Source: Nymphaea colorata (lineage: Eukaryota). Taken from it: a stretch of DNA of 64,000 bases. Below the pieces are notes generated by a model. The model was not told the DNA's origin and searched no databases. It saw only the letters and a program-made list of their open reading frames with translations. Shown piece by piece: positions 39,577-54,500 of the stretch (positions are counted from its first letter, which is position 1; each line of letters starts with the position of its first letter). The stretch covers positions 34,286,001 to 34,350,000 of the forward strand of contig NC_045138.2 in the NCBI RefSeq assembly GCF_008831285.2, given 5' to 3'. A program made the position numbers and the translations under genes.

Positions 39577-42500
39577 AAAACAACTGTTCAACTGGTGCTA
39601 TTTTCAGGAATGACCCAATTAGCTCCTTCATCTCATTTCTGACTCATTTTATCTACAACCTACCTTATGGATGCAAGCCTTATATCCAGAAGATTACAAA
39701 TATATGAAATTTAGAATTATAGGGCAATGCATGAAAAACTAAAGCCAAATAGAATCGTATTTGGATTTGTATTTCTTGTTTCAGGAGTTTCTCTACAAGT
39801 GCTTAAGATGAATGCTGCTCATCTAGAATCTACAGATTTCAGAGAGCAAACAAAAAAGTTCTAAACAAAATAAAGCATACCTGATCGCAAAAGTAATCTG
39901 CTGCCAATTCATCTCTTTCTCTAAGCTGTTTGAGTAGGTTGATTGCACAACTGGTTCCAGAAAAGTAGAAAAATAAGACAAAAGGATGTCATGGACAAAT
40001 TAACAGAATTTATTCTATGATGCAACCTTTGATTTTTGTACTGGACGCAGTACAGAAAAACCCGGCCGCACCCATCACACCAACTGGACTTATCATTCAG
40101 GTCGCCAAGCAATTGAAGCAACAGGTCTAACTTTCCATCGGATTGTGTATGCTCCTATAAGAGACAATAATAAGAGAAAATAGGAATCATGTTTATGCAA
40201 ATGTTGAACAGAATCTACCTATTAAAGCAAAGCAGTCCAAAAGAACAAAACTCACAATAAGGCTGATCACAGCTTTTGGATCTGGACAGCACCCTGCTAG
40301 CTTGATTTCTTCATAAACATTTAGAGCCTCAGACATTTGTCCGCATGATGCAAAAGCTAGGACAAGTGCACTTTTTATCTCAACAATATTCTTGGGTTGT
40401 ATCCGACAGTCTAAAGCCACCTACAGCAAAACTATTATATCAGAAGCACTTCAGCTCTACCTTGCACTAATCGCATAGAAACGGTGACAGTAGAAGACAA
40501 GTATATGAGGAGAAAGTGGAGGCATTCATCACGATAGAGGATAACTACTAACACCATGAACCAGTTTGCCAGGAAATAAGATTCTTTATTTTCTAAAATT
40601 GGAACAGGAAACAAATAGCTCTTACATGTCAAATGAACATGCACACACCACAGTACACATGCACACCTTCCACAGGCACACATAGTCAGTAAATAAATGA
40701 TTCCCCACGATTCGCTTTGTAAGTACATCATTGAAAGGTCCCAAGAAATATGTTCATGTCAATGGTGAAAGAATCACACCTTGAAAGTAAGCATATGGTT
40801 ATGCTGCTTTACAAAAGTCACAAAAATAAGTTTCAAACAAGTCCTAAATCTGTAAGATTTAGACATAAAAATGCATTCAAAAAATAGCTTAGCATGTTTC
40901 CACCTTGTTAACATTCAAATATGCAAATACCAGATTTTTATTGAGTAAACTGACTACGCAAAATTTTAAAACAATACTGAAATTTGAACTATATGCAAAT
41001 AGGAAACTGGTCTCCAAGGTGAGGAAACAAGTTTTAGAGCTGTGAGCTTCATGTTTCAGAAATGATTTCCCAGGAATCGGTGGTGTCCAGGTATAGCCAT
41101 CATTAACCCAGACCCGACCTGAAATGAATACAACAGTATATGAAACAAGATATCATGTCCAACCATGCAGATGCACTTTTTCATGCAAAACTTCCTAAAA
41201 GTAGAAAACAAAGTAATTGTAGTCCATTTATTGGGTGGTTTGAACCCTCACTTTGTAAGCTTCTCTGAAGCTAATTCACTTCTGTTTTAATAGAATATTA
41301 TTCCCTTAGTTCACTATTTCTTCACTCTTTTATGAGTGATAATTGTGTGAAGAATATAGATTTTATATCTATATCAGGTTCTTGTGTGATTCAAGTATTG
41401 TAAAGACTCTAAGAATATATCTTTGTACCTACATTTTGCTTTCTTCTATGTTCAAGAAGAATAATTGAAGAAGAATGTGGATTTACTCTTATGTCACTTT
41501 CGAATTTCAATTGACTAATTTCTTCAGCAAGAGGTCCAAGTCTCGGACTTGTCGAAGACTTACATATGCTGTTATGTATCCTTCTTCTAGCTTATTTCCT
41601 TCTACAACATTTATTTTGATATTTACATTTTTGTGCCACAAGTTCATGAGAGTGTTTAATGGGCTCCTATGACTATGAGAGCTCTTTCCATCTTCACGGC
41701 ACACACATAAAATCCAGATAGCTAATCATCTTTATGAGGTAACTATGTTAGTAAATCAAATAAAAAAATATGCATTTAAAGAATATTAAAACCAATACTA
41801 TAATAAGTTTAACTGCACATAAAGAACTGCAAAACAAACAACAATGATGCTACAAAAATTTGAGATCATCAAAAAACCAATGTCTTGTGGACTAGTTTTA
41901 GCGCCACAGCCATGCTGACATGGCTCAACATGGATGTAGACATGGAATGTGGCTCTGGACATGGCTTAGGCATGGTCAAAGAAGTACCTCTGGTGCAGTC
42001 AAGGAGCCCATGTCTATTTTGTTCATTGGCCTTGGTCAAGGTTGCCAAGTCTAATTTTGTCTAGGAAGTGAAAACGACTTTCTTTTTAACGCCATTTGCT
42101 TATGCCTCCTTAGTTTATATATACAATTTTTGTGTTAGTCACTGAAAAATTAGTTAGCTTTCTTTTCTGACTGTGCTCCCAACCATGTAAGATGGATCAA
42201 AAGTTTGTCAAAGCACAACCTTTCAGTAAACAACAAAATCAAGTAAGAGAAGTTCTTAAATACAGTTATAGTCCATTCAGGAAACTAAACATTTTGAGTC
42301 AATGGTTTGGCAGAAGATAAAGTTATTGAAGGGAGACAGTTGCCAAGCACCTGTTTTGCCTTGTCAAACTGCCCACATTTTGCATAGCCATTAATAAGTG
42401 CCAAGAAGAAGTGCTTGTTCAAAGCAAGACCTGATTTCTGCATCTCTTCACAATACTGCAGACATATAATCATTTGAAATAGTGATACACAAATTAATAA

Positions 42501-45500
42501 TTTTGATAAACATACGTATCGAATGAGGCATACTGATGATATTCTAGAATACAAACCAACCAAATTTTTGTGAAAAAATTTATAGATCAACACTTCAGTA
42601 TTCTATAAAATGCCACGATGAAAAATCTAATCCCATCATTTCATAGGAAACAGATGCTGAAGCCATTTCAACATACAGAAGAAAAATTACCATCATGTTC
42701 ATTAAAAAAAGTGGCTTGAAATCATTTTGAAGAAACAATTTCTTCCCTATATTCTTGCAATGATGAAATCTTACATAACTTACATTCATAATATGTGCAC
42801 GCGTGTGATGAATGCAATGTGCATAATTACAAAGCTTTCCATGACAGTATACCATTATAACTTTTTGATGTTACAGTCAACTTTCATAATTCTAATCTCC
42901 CAAGAAGACAAAAAAGGGTCATGTTTAACATAAGTTATTCACTACCCTCTTGATTCTTATCATGCAGAGGCTACTAAAACTGTAAGGAATGTAAATAAAT
43001 GTTTTCAAACACATCTTGAAAGTTATACAAAATGGTGACTAATCCCCAGAAAGATGAGCACTGCCACATGGCGTTAAGATTTGGAGCCACCATAGCTTAT
43101 GTGAAAACATGCATATTTGCTTTGCTGCAAAGACACAATATGAACCAACATTCCGTGCAACCAAGTTGTCTTTTAAACATTCATGTATCCTAATCCAATC
43201 ATCAATCCTATTGAAGATAGCTTCCTGTAATGCCCTCCCAAGGCCAAGGATTACCATGACTCCATGACAAATTCATGAGCCAATCTGACAAAATACAAGA
43301 ATATAGTAGCATCAGAAAGTACAAGTATCTGGACCATAAGGCTGATCTATATCAACACTGTGCGAGGAAGCATTGATATGCAACAACTCCTATAACCATT
43401 TTATACATACTCATCCAGGTAAGATAATAAACTGCACTGCTCAGTCCATTTCAGAAGTACAATGCCATGGGTTCTCTTGAAATTTGGAAAACCAGATCCC
43501 CATTTTTTCAGAATTTGGCAGTCCAACATAACTTTTCAATAATATAAGTGTAAGTACTTATTAACAGTGTAGATTATTCAGAAGAGTTGCACATGTATGG
43601 AAAATAAAGCAAATTTTACACCCACCTTGTCTCCATCAGGATAGTCTTACTCTTTAAACTTGTTTTCAGAAGGTAATATTTAACTCTAACCCTTTTCAAA
43701 TATACCTACCCTTTCAATATCTTCAACACATTGAGAATTAAATATCAGGTGACAAAATGTTTCTGAATCTGGTTTAACATCTGCAAGTTCCATTTGCTTC
43801 AGAACCTTCATTCCTGATTCAACATTTTTCTGACAAAAAATAAAAGATAAGTTAATAGCAACCAACCAAGAAGTAGGAAACATTACAATAATTAACTACC
43901 AACAGTTCTGTGTAGTAATCGGGAATCTCAAGTATAACTGGCTGTATCTAACTGAGCATGGCAAATAGAAAACGAGATAAGGTAAAACAAGAGGTTAGAT
44001 ACAGAGTTGAACAAATACCTTTTCTAAAAATACATATGTACACATGCATAGATGTATAATACTACACTGATAGCATCAATCTTGCAAACATTTTCCTTGA
44101 TGAAAATGTAGAAACTCAGAACTTGTCAAAAGAACTATCTGGAAACACCAGCCCACAACATTAAAAATATGTCAAGCCAGACGGATCTGCTAAATGACCT
44201 CCAGAATGCTGGCCCAAAATGTAACCATCATCATCCACTTTCAATTTGTGGCTTACAGCCACATGACCCCTTTAATAGGCATGTTCCTTCAGTTATACAT
44301 TCAGTGTGACCCTCAACCTTGCTGAAAATGAGCCCCAGAGTAGGGTCACACCAGGATGTATAAAATGTTATCATTCATCTAAAATGGCATAAAACCCTTT
44401 AAGAAAATCAACTTTGTCCTGCATGACAAGAAACGATAATATTTCTGCAACCAGATTAAATTGGAGGAGAAAAATAAAAACAGCAGTCTGAGCGAGATGC
44501 TCAGTTGCAGTATGAATGAGAACCAGTGGAGGCAGCACTTATATCTTGTGAACAGCAAAAGGAGCAACAACCTCATGAGCTAAAAAGTTCTCTGATGGAG
44601 ATCTTCAGATCAACATAGTTTTGAAATCTTGCACAAGATACCTTCTCCAGTTTGGGATGGTAGGAAATCTTGATAAATTTTTTTTGTTGTAATCCTTACT
44701 TTATTGTCATTTTCATCACTAAATCTTAAGACCCTGGAGATATTTACACTTGAGATCTACAGATGGTCCTGTATTTAATTCATATTAATTTCTACATTTT
44801 CACTATGATATTTCAGCCAATATATATGCATGTAATAAAATGTAAAGTCAAAATTACTTAAACAGGTTTTGTTGAACAAATTATCAGTGAATGAATTAAA
44901 TTTTGGTAGAAGATGGTGTACTGAATAATTGAGGATGGAAATGCTGCCCTTGAAGCATATAATTTTGTTCGGACATGTAAGTAACCGATACTTGGTTGGC
45001 ATGAACCCAGCATCCCTATCCAAATCAAGGATGACAAATCTAGAGACCAGTTAGGCATTACACAACATGCATAACCATTCCATCAACAAAGACAAGATTG
45101 TAGAGAGCTAGGGCTGAACAACGAGCCGAGTAACTCGAACTCGACTCGTTAAAGCTCGGCTCGAATTTGAATTCGATCCAGCTTTTATACTCAACGAGCC
45201 GAGCTCGAGTTATCCGTTCAACTCGTTTATTTTATCGAGCCAAGTACGAGTTCGGTTAAGAAGCTCGCTTAACCCAACTCGGCTCGCTTAACCCAAGAAA
45301 GGATATTTATTTTTTTCTTCATTCGCGCATCTTCATTTCTCGTCTTTTTTTTCTCTCTCTTCACTCTCTTCCTCCTTCTGGCGATCGGTGGAATCCTCAA
45401 ACCCTCGTTCCTTCTCTTCTCTCCTTCTCTCTCTCTCTCCCTCTCTATCTCTCTCTCCCCCTCTCTCCCTAAATCAGAGAACTGAAACCCTCTCCCTCAA

Positions 45501-48500
45501 ACGAGAGAGGGTCTCAAGAACCCAATGATTTCTAACTTTGTTTTGCAGAAGAGAAGAAGAAGAAGGAGAAAGAAGCGTTTTTTTGGAAAAGAAGGCGCCC
45601 AAAAATCACTTGGTTATGGCTCTATGAAGAAGACCAAGCGAGAAATAGGGTTCTCCCTCAAACCCTCGCAGCCTCCCTCCTTCTCTCTCTCTCCCTCTCC
45701 TCAAACCCTCGCAGCCTCGCCCCTTCTCTTCTCTCCTTCTCTCTCTCTCTCTTCTCCCTCAAACCCTCGCTCGCAGCCTCGCTCCTTCTCTTCTCTCCTT
45801 CTCTCTCTCCCTCTCCTCAAACCCTCGCCCCTTCTCTTCTCTCCTTCTCTCTCTCTCTTCTCCCTCAAACCCTCGCTCTGTTTCTTGTCCCTCAAACCCT
45901 CGCAGCCTCACTCCTTCTCTCTCTCTCTCTTCTCCCTCAAACCCTCGCTCTGTCTCTTGTCCCTCAAACCCTCGCAGCCTCGCTCCTTCTCTCTCTCTCT
46001 CTCTCTCTTCTCCCTCAAACCCTCGCAGCTTGGTGGGGGGAACAGGTGACGTAGCTTTCACATACCACAGTGCTACCCTTCGTCGTCTCTCCTCGAGGCG
46101 CTGCTCCCCTCACCACCACGCGCCTTCAAGCTCGACCTCCAAACCGGCGAAGGACTCGACCTCATTGCCGACGCTCTGGGACAATGCCTAACTAAACAAG
46201 TTAAACGAGTCGAGCTCGAGCTCGACTATATATAGTCGAGTCGAGCTCGAGCTCGTGTTGGGGAACTCGACTCGAGTTCGAGTTTGAGCTCGAGCTCTTT
46301 GAGCCTGGCCAAGCTCGGGCTCGACTCGGCTCGTGTGCAGCCCTATAGAGAGCCCACCAAAGTCTACAAATTTATCAATGAATAAAACAAACAATAAAGA
46401 AAGCCAACAAAATGAAGCCATAGATGCTGAGGTACAAATTGAAGAGCATGGTCAAAGTGGGGTGGAAGGGAGGATCCTGAAAGGGCCTAGAAGCATCTCT
46501 AAAACAAGAGAGAAAAACTAAGCAGGCTAGATTCTATTGATTAACCAACTATCCTTGAGCAGATAACAATTATTATATCATTTGATAAGATTAACAGTCT
46601 TCCCCATTAAAAGATAAAGTAATGCAAAATACTTCCACAAGCAAAGATGAAAAAATACCAAATCTGGTCCTATAAAGAATTATTATGTCAATGAAATTTT
46701 TAGAATTAGAAAGTATATGGAATGCCCAATTACTTTATCCCACATCGGATTAAATCAATGCAGAAACACTATACCATCCCAGGAAAAAATCGCAGTTATA
46801 CCAGAGGTAACCCTGACCTTAAGTCCAACAATCAGAAAATGTTAAAAAGTGCATTACCTCTCGAAAGTACCCCACCATGATTGAATTGTAAATGCTTGCA
46901 GTTGGCACAATTTTCTTCTCATCCAAGCTAGCCAATAAATTGTATGCCCCATCAAACTATAACAATGTGAAACACATCCTAAAGTAAATCTTTTGCAAGA
47001 CATTTCTTTGTCAGAATCACAATATAGGACAAGCTAAACAGTCTTTTTTTATATGCCAGTAAAGCTCCTATTTAGTGCAATCAGTATGAAAACAAAGAAA
47101 TTGATGACAACCAAAACATGAAGACAAGAAAATGAAGTTCTTCCAAGAAAATGGAATTTCTAATAATATCAAAAGATGAAATTATGCAAGGTATTTGTTG
47201 CAGATGTAAGTATCTACAACCTACTTCAATCTAAGAAAGTATAAAATTTCTCAAGGATCATTTCTTGTGTTTTTCTTCCCATATCCATACAGTTTCTCAA
47301 GTGCTGACACCACCAGATACCCACACAGACTGGTTAACTGCACACCCACCATCTACCAATAACATTCAATAGTAATGTAGTATTGTAGTGTAGTATATAA
47401 ATTGCCAGCCTCTGATTTATTGTCACAGGCAGGCCAGTGACCTCACAAAATGTAGAAAGAGTAATATGAGATAAAACATGAAGAGAGAGGAACTATATTC
47501 TGTAAGCAAAAGCAACTTGGTTTGTTAACCAAACTTCTGCAAAGGAAATAGACCGCATGAGCACCAGTCACATGAGAACAAATCCAACACTGAATTAACA
47601 ACTATGAGTAAAAGAAGGCTGAAATTCATGGACAGAAATAGTACAAGGAACACTTGCAAGTTCATGATAACGCAGAAAGAGCAGCAGCAGTGTGAACAGG
47701 TTTAAAGCTTTTAAGCTTAAAGTATGAGGTCAAACATACTTGGAATAAAGTAGTTGGCTAAATATAAGACTTGACATAACTGACGCAGCATATGGTGCAA
47801 ACATGCTTGTAGAAGATAATGGACCAAACACTAAAAGTCAAATAAAAAAGGACCAAAATATATATCTTATACTTCAACAAAAGATTCATCTCCTATGTCC
47901 AATTAAAAGAAAAAGGAATAACTAAACACTGAAAAATATGAAATTTCATACAGGATACTTAAATCTAACATCAATAAAAAGCAAATAAAAAATAAAAAGA
48001 AAATAAAAAATCTAGAAATCTCTCCAAGAAAAAATAGTCATATTTCATATTGCAGACGATAATATATTTAAACTGCTACTTCACCAATATTTCTGAAATA
48101 TAACAAGTCAAAAGTTCACCAGTAATGATATGACCAAACTACAGCAATAAGAAAGAAAGTTATGAATGTTTGTCTCATGCAATAGCTAGCTCACTAAGGC
48201 AGGTTCAACCAGAAAAAATAGTGTATTAACAAAATTGCAAGAGAAGGGCTCTTGTAGAAGGGAAAAAGGAAAACAAGATACATGACTCACATCTTTCATC
48301 TTGATACATAAGTTTATCATGTATTTGTAGGTTTCACAAGTAGGCTCCAACCCAAGCTGATGCATCACTGAATAGATGGAGTGGACCTTACATTTAAAAA
48401 AAAAAAAGGAAAAGAATAACCAGAGGAATCAGACAAGAAAATGAACTATCTATGAGCCTATAAATTAGAGACAGACTGTAGAATATCTCCAAATGGATTC

Positions 48501-51500
48501 CATGAGTCATAATCCCAGAAGAGAAAACCAATCATCAAAATCACTATTGACATCAAATTCATTACATGAATATATGAACAGAAGCGGCATCAGTGATCAA
48601 ATTGAATGAGCCTTTAAAAAGAGGGATTGGAGAAGTATTTGGAGAAGCAAGAGAATTAAAGAACTTGCCATAGATATAAAACTTACAAAATTCCTCACCA
48701 GAATGGATCCAATTATCATTAATGGGAAATGTGTGCATATACACATAATAGCAAGAGAGGGAGTGTGTGTGTGTGTCTGTGTGTATATGTGGATTATGTA
48801 TCCCAATTATTATGCACCCTGCATTATCCACCTCAAAACCATTCAATCAAGTAATCACTAAACAATGGTCAAAACAATTTGACAAGTGTTCAACATAGTT
48901 TATTTAACAAACAACAACCGATGAATCACATCATTTTCTGTGTGACAACAAAAATCAAGTCTCACAATGTAAATGCATAAAAATTTGATGAGTTAAAAAA
49001 ATCATAATTTCTTTTGAGAAGCATGACCAAAATATGGTTAGATAGAGGAAGGAAAAAAACTGTGTTGATCTGTCCTTATCACCAGACTCTTGAAATAATA
49101 CTTTTGTGGCCTAGGGCACTCGAGGCCACAACAAACTTAACACATTTATATGAAAGGGACACACATGCAGCAAATTGCATTTGATAGCAGGATAAATCAA
49201 GGGGAAAAAAAATCTCTAAACCAGTAATTAACAAAAGCACACCTAAATTTTCAATAATTTCAAAATACACCTACTTTTTTCATGGTTATTAAACTGCCCC
49301 AGAAAATTAATTCTGTCAAGTTTTCATAAATTAGTGAAAATTATTATTTTACCCCTAAAAGATAGAATCAGAAATACACCTTTGCGAAAAACACCTACAC
49401 TTCCCTTGGCTAACTTTCTAGCGTTAATAAAGAAAAAAAAATCGCCTAATTAATTAGATACTGATAAGAGAACTAACTATTTTATTTAGTTAGTTATGCA
49501 TTAATATAATTGGGAATGGTTAAATAGGACAACGTAAACTAATGAAGTTGACATTTCTTGTTGAGGCCATTTTATCATATCAACCCCAGAGTAAGTTGGT
49601 ACTAGACAAGGGTTAACAAGTTGAACAAAGGTTATTTCCTTATTAAACAATTACATGTCTTCTTTATTACTACCAATTCTTTGGTAAATAGAGTCTTCCT
49701 TGAAAAATTACCTAAAATATATCATAGAAATGTGCGCTCAAAATGTTCAACAAAGAAAAAATAAAGAGCAGGTACTCGTTACAAAGAAACGCAAGAAGAA
49801 GACATATTGAAAGACTACACTGAAAAACTAAAATCTACCAGATCAAAATCACAAGTCTGTTCACAGGCACGAAAAATAGGGTGCAGCGTTTCAATAGAGA
49901 CAGATGACCCTGATGAGCACATTCTATCCACAACATCAAGAGCAGCTTGCACCTGTCAGCAAAAGATAATGGTAGTAATCAACAGGGAGGAGGGGGAGAG
50001 AATCAACCGGGATAAAGAAGTAACTAGAACGGAAAGCAAGACCAGAACTAATTGAGTATGGATCAAATTAAACCATATGAAAGGCTGGCAAAAAATTATA
50101 GAAATACCTACCGAGACATGAGAATAAACTGAAAGGCAAAAAAAACCCACAGTTGGATGACGGAAATAAATCATATTCAGTTTTTTGTAGACATCCATAA
50201 ACTTAGCCTTCTCCTTTGGATTACATCTTTTACAAGCTTACATTTCCAAAACATAATCTTATACTTCATGTTTGCATGTCCAGCCACCAATGGAAATGGA
50301 TATTAGGCCAAGTGTATAAAGCTATAAACGTCTTTCTCTCATCTGCCACCTATAGAGTAGCATTAAAGAAGAAAGTGAGATCAGTAGGAAGCATCAAAGA
50401 AATTTCATTTGGATGGTCTGTTTCCTTCATGAGTTCATTCCTTGGAGTAGGCAGACCGCCCAGAAGCTGTTCTTTTGATGCTTATACTGAGAATGAGCAC
50501 ATAAAGAGACAAGTGTGAGAAGTTCTAAATATTTTCTTTGACTCTATTCACACCTTTACAGAGAAGAATTTTGGGATTGAGATCCTCTCCAAAAAGTAAT
50601 AAGACACTTTACTATCAGAAGTTATGGATTATACAATAGCTAACAAAAAACTTGATTGATTCTTGACCTCTGTAACACCAACTTATATGGTAAAAGTTAA
50701 AACTAATAGCTTATGATGTTACAGGCTTGGAGTCAGACATTGCGAGGCTATAAATAACAAATGCATTTACGCCTTCAGTGCCCTCGGCCAATAACTCTCA
50801 TTCACAATAATAAGACTTATATTGACCCATGCCCCTATGCATGGAGTGCCAAATTTTTCTCGTTGCCACCTTTTGTGATTCCTATGCAAGTGCTTATGGC
50901 CCATAAATGTTGCACAAGGTTCCTACTAAGATTGGTTAATTTAGTAACCCGACATGAACATCATATATTTCTCACATTGTCAGGGACCCAGGACACAGTC
51001 AGACAACAATTTACAATATATGTTAGCCATGTGGATCTCAATACAGGTGTTAATCTTGGTATGAAAGAAGTTTCGTGAACGCTACGTCACATGGATATGG
51101 GTATGGAAGATGCAGGTATGGGCATGACGATTTTAGAAAATTTGGGTACAGGGTACGGCAAAGTGTATATGTAAATATGTATATTATATATATAATAATC
51201 CAAAAAAATCTCAAAATTAAAGAAAATGAAAGGAAAATATAGAATCTTAGTGGAAGGGAAATACAAAAGAAGGGAAAAATCAAAATTAAAGAAAAATTAA
51301 GTTTGAAAATATAATTTTAAATGTCTTAAATGCAGCCGTACCCAGCCGTACCCGTGTCACCATACCCACGTACCGACAGGGGGACCTGGGCAAATCCCAC
51401 GTACCTGTGTCACATAGCTTGAAGGAAATAGAAAGACAACCCAATGAAGGAAACTTGGCAGACACCTACAACAAAGAGAACTGATAGCCTCTGCAGCCAC

Positions 51501-54500
51501 CAACATGTGAAACATATAGATCAAGATCAAGAGATCTAGAAACACTTTAATATTCAAGAATAGAGGACGACCAAACCAAAAGACATTGAACAGCATGAAA
51601 ACCAGAATTTAGGTAAGTATGCTTCTAGTAATTAGTTTATGTTAAAAAAAAAAAATCTATCAAGGTGAACAGGAGTAGTGAAAGTCAACAACACCCAAGG
51701 AAAAGCAAAGAGAGATGTTGGACAATATTAAATAACCAAAAATTACTGCTTGTAAAAAGCATCAACACTAAAGTTCCAAAAAAAAAAAATGCTACTCATA
51801 CGCTTGGTCTCTAAAAAAATTACTGCACACTTAGTCTCTAGAAAAATTAATTACCTTCAAGGCATCACAGCAGTAAGTCACAAGCGTGCAGTAAGATGAT
51901 GATGACGGTTGAACTTCAAGCTTTTCATGCAATTCATTGAATTCTGCAATAACTTCATCAACCTTCAATTCAGAACGTTAGCTGCATAAGAATTATCGTA
52001 TTTCTTTCATATGTAAGAAACATGAGACAAACAGATAAAAAAGCAAAAAGAGGACTAGTGAAGCACCTCTATCCAATAACTTTTACCAGGACAACTATAG
52101 TTGCAACATAAATGATCCAATAAACCTTTATATTTTTCCAAATCAACTCATAAATAAAGAAGAAACTTATAAATGCCAGCAGAAATAAATCTAAAATGCA
52201 TTATATCCAAAAGAAAACCAAAGTACAGTAACATTGTTGACATTGAAAAGAAGACACGTAAACTGAAGGGCCCAACTCTTAGCAAAGCAAGGCCGTCATT
52301 TTTCACTTGTTCCTTGCCTTGCAATGGCTGCTCAAAGTAGGTCACTGGGAAGACCTTTTCCCAGCGTGCAGAAATCAATCCTATTGGCTGGCACCACTAT
52401 CCCTTTAACCAATTGCATCTTGAACTTGTGTCATCCACTTAGAAGTGCAATTTCCACTTCACCTATTTCTAATCTGCAGTTGATGAAGATTCATACCTAA
52501 CGAACAAAGCAATATGACCTGCCAACTGGAATGCTTGGCCTTCTATGAAATAAACTAATCCCTTCCCTTACCTATGTAAGTACCATCACTGTCATACTAC
52601 TTATCACATGAGAGAAAGAGATCATGTCCCCACTTATCATGATCTACTGACTAGTCTATAGAACAAAGAAAGAAAACTAAAAAAATAAAAAGTTGCTAGA
52701 AGCGATCCACCTGCAGGGCCAATTGAGGTCAAGGAGCCTGGGCTGTCCGTAAATTGAGCTCTGGTTCAGCTGACTAAATTTTTTACAGAAAAATTCAAGC
52801 ACAACTTTTATGGGAAAGATTAAAAATAGCCACTTTTCGTATAAAGGATCAACATCCAGACCATCCACATAACCAAACCAAGTGATCCTACTCAGTTGTG
52901 CTAATGAAGTTTGTTGTTTGTATGAGACAAGCGTGCTTATGCTTCAGCTTTGCCATTTGTTGTTGCAGCTTAAAGAACTGTGGCTAAATAAGCCGACCCA
53001 AGCTCTCCTAGGCATAATTTCTGCCTTCTCCCCAAAATTCATACAGATGCAGTGACCATGTAATACAACATTTCAACGCATCTGCAGATTCTGCACTCTA
53101 GCAAAAGCCATACTAGTAAATTAGTGCAGTAGCAATAACCAAATATGCCTTCGAAAGGGAGCCTAGAAAAACACACCTCAATGAGAGGATATAATAGATA
53201 AAGAGGCAATTGCTATAAAAACTTCCTAATACAATAACGCTTTAGCTTGCAACAGGTAAGCACTTTAAGCTCAAAGAGGACCATGTATTCTTGCAAAAAA
53301 CAGACCCTAGAAGAAGGACGAGTATCAATTGCTTTTTTAGGATATACTGACCTTCAAATTAGACAGGTTGATAGTAAGACTGCAAATAAACGATGATAGA
53401 TCATCCATTTCTCTCCCTGCAACAGAGCAACTGCTCAGTATCTATCAAATATAAGCTCAAGGTAGTGACCAATATGCCAATTTCAACAAAAAACATGTTC
53501 AATAAGATGCTGTTTTCACCATGCAAAGAAAAAAACTTCAATCTTAGTAATTGGTTGAGCAACATACTAGACGGACATGAAAGAGATGTATACTCTGTAG
53601 GCTTCTTGTGAAGCCAAAGCATCCATCGCAAAGATGTCCAGTAGAAAAACATACTACAGGCTAGAGTTCTGTTGCAAAATTGCAACCTTCTCTGATTAAA
53701 ATTAGTAAATAATTATCCAAAAAACCTCCAAAAAATTATGTTTATTTGTACTCTGCATCTACCATGCAAGTTCACATACAATGTATATGCTACACACTTT
53801 CCCATAATGCTCAATGAAACTGGTGGGTGAACTGAAAAATTTGTTGCTGCTGAACACGGATCTTATAGTAGAGTCTCATACTCAAAAATTATGGCCCCTC
53901 CTGAAATACTAAACAAAGGTGAATAACCATTGGAAGTGTATAATGACTGATAAGTGGAAACAATTAGCAAACCTCCGCCTTGGTGCTTGACAAAAATTTT
54001 TCGACAAACGAATATATAATTTTGCATATATGAAAGAACTTCTACTTGCTCACTTTATCTAACTGCAAGAAACAAAATCAAAAGCTACACCTTTTTGTTA
54101 AGTGAAAATGAAACTCATTAGTCATTAGCTTAGCACCAATCAACCATGAGTCAGCCTTGACTGAGTTTAAAGAGACGTGAATGATAAGGAAACCTTTTTC
54201 CTTTCCCTGGCCTGCTTTTTGGCTAATTTAAGTAATTCCTGCCCTTAACATGTCCATATCCTGTGTAACAATAAGAAACAACCCAGTTCGCTTGTTTTGT
54301 GCCTGAACCAGTTGGATCTGGTAGGCACAAAATGCTGGAGCAAATCATCAATGAAGTAGGAAACTTGTCAGTATTTTGTTCTGTCACATGGGTGCAGTAA
54401 ATATGCAGCTGCATCTGAGCTGGGTGTGCTGTGGGGCAGCCGTTAATATTGTTTGGTTTTTGTATTTTACTCTCTAATTCCAATGCATACATTAATTATA

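Noticed and set aside
41218..41609. Possible solo LTR (TG...CA)
   Set aside because: The flanks GTAAT and TTTAT do not form a TSD, and there is no second copy in the window.
45655..46030. Repeat-spacer pattern as a CRISPR-like array
   Set aside because: The spacers are related CT tracts of irregular length, there are no cas genes, and the context is a plant nuclear intron.
45525..46061. 174-aa LKPS/FSLS repeat ORF and antisense ER-repeat ORFs
   Set aside because: Translation artefacts of the CT-rich array inside the hAT element.
50216..50900. 100-aa ORF and LINE-like wording in PPR intron 6
   Set aside because: Only a vague resemblance to decayed L1 sequence, with no splice-compatible role; too weak to call.
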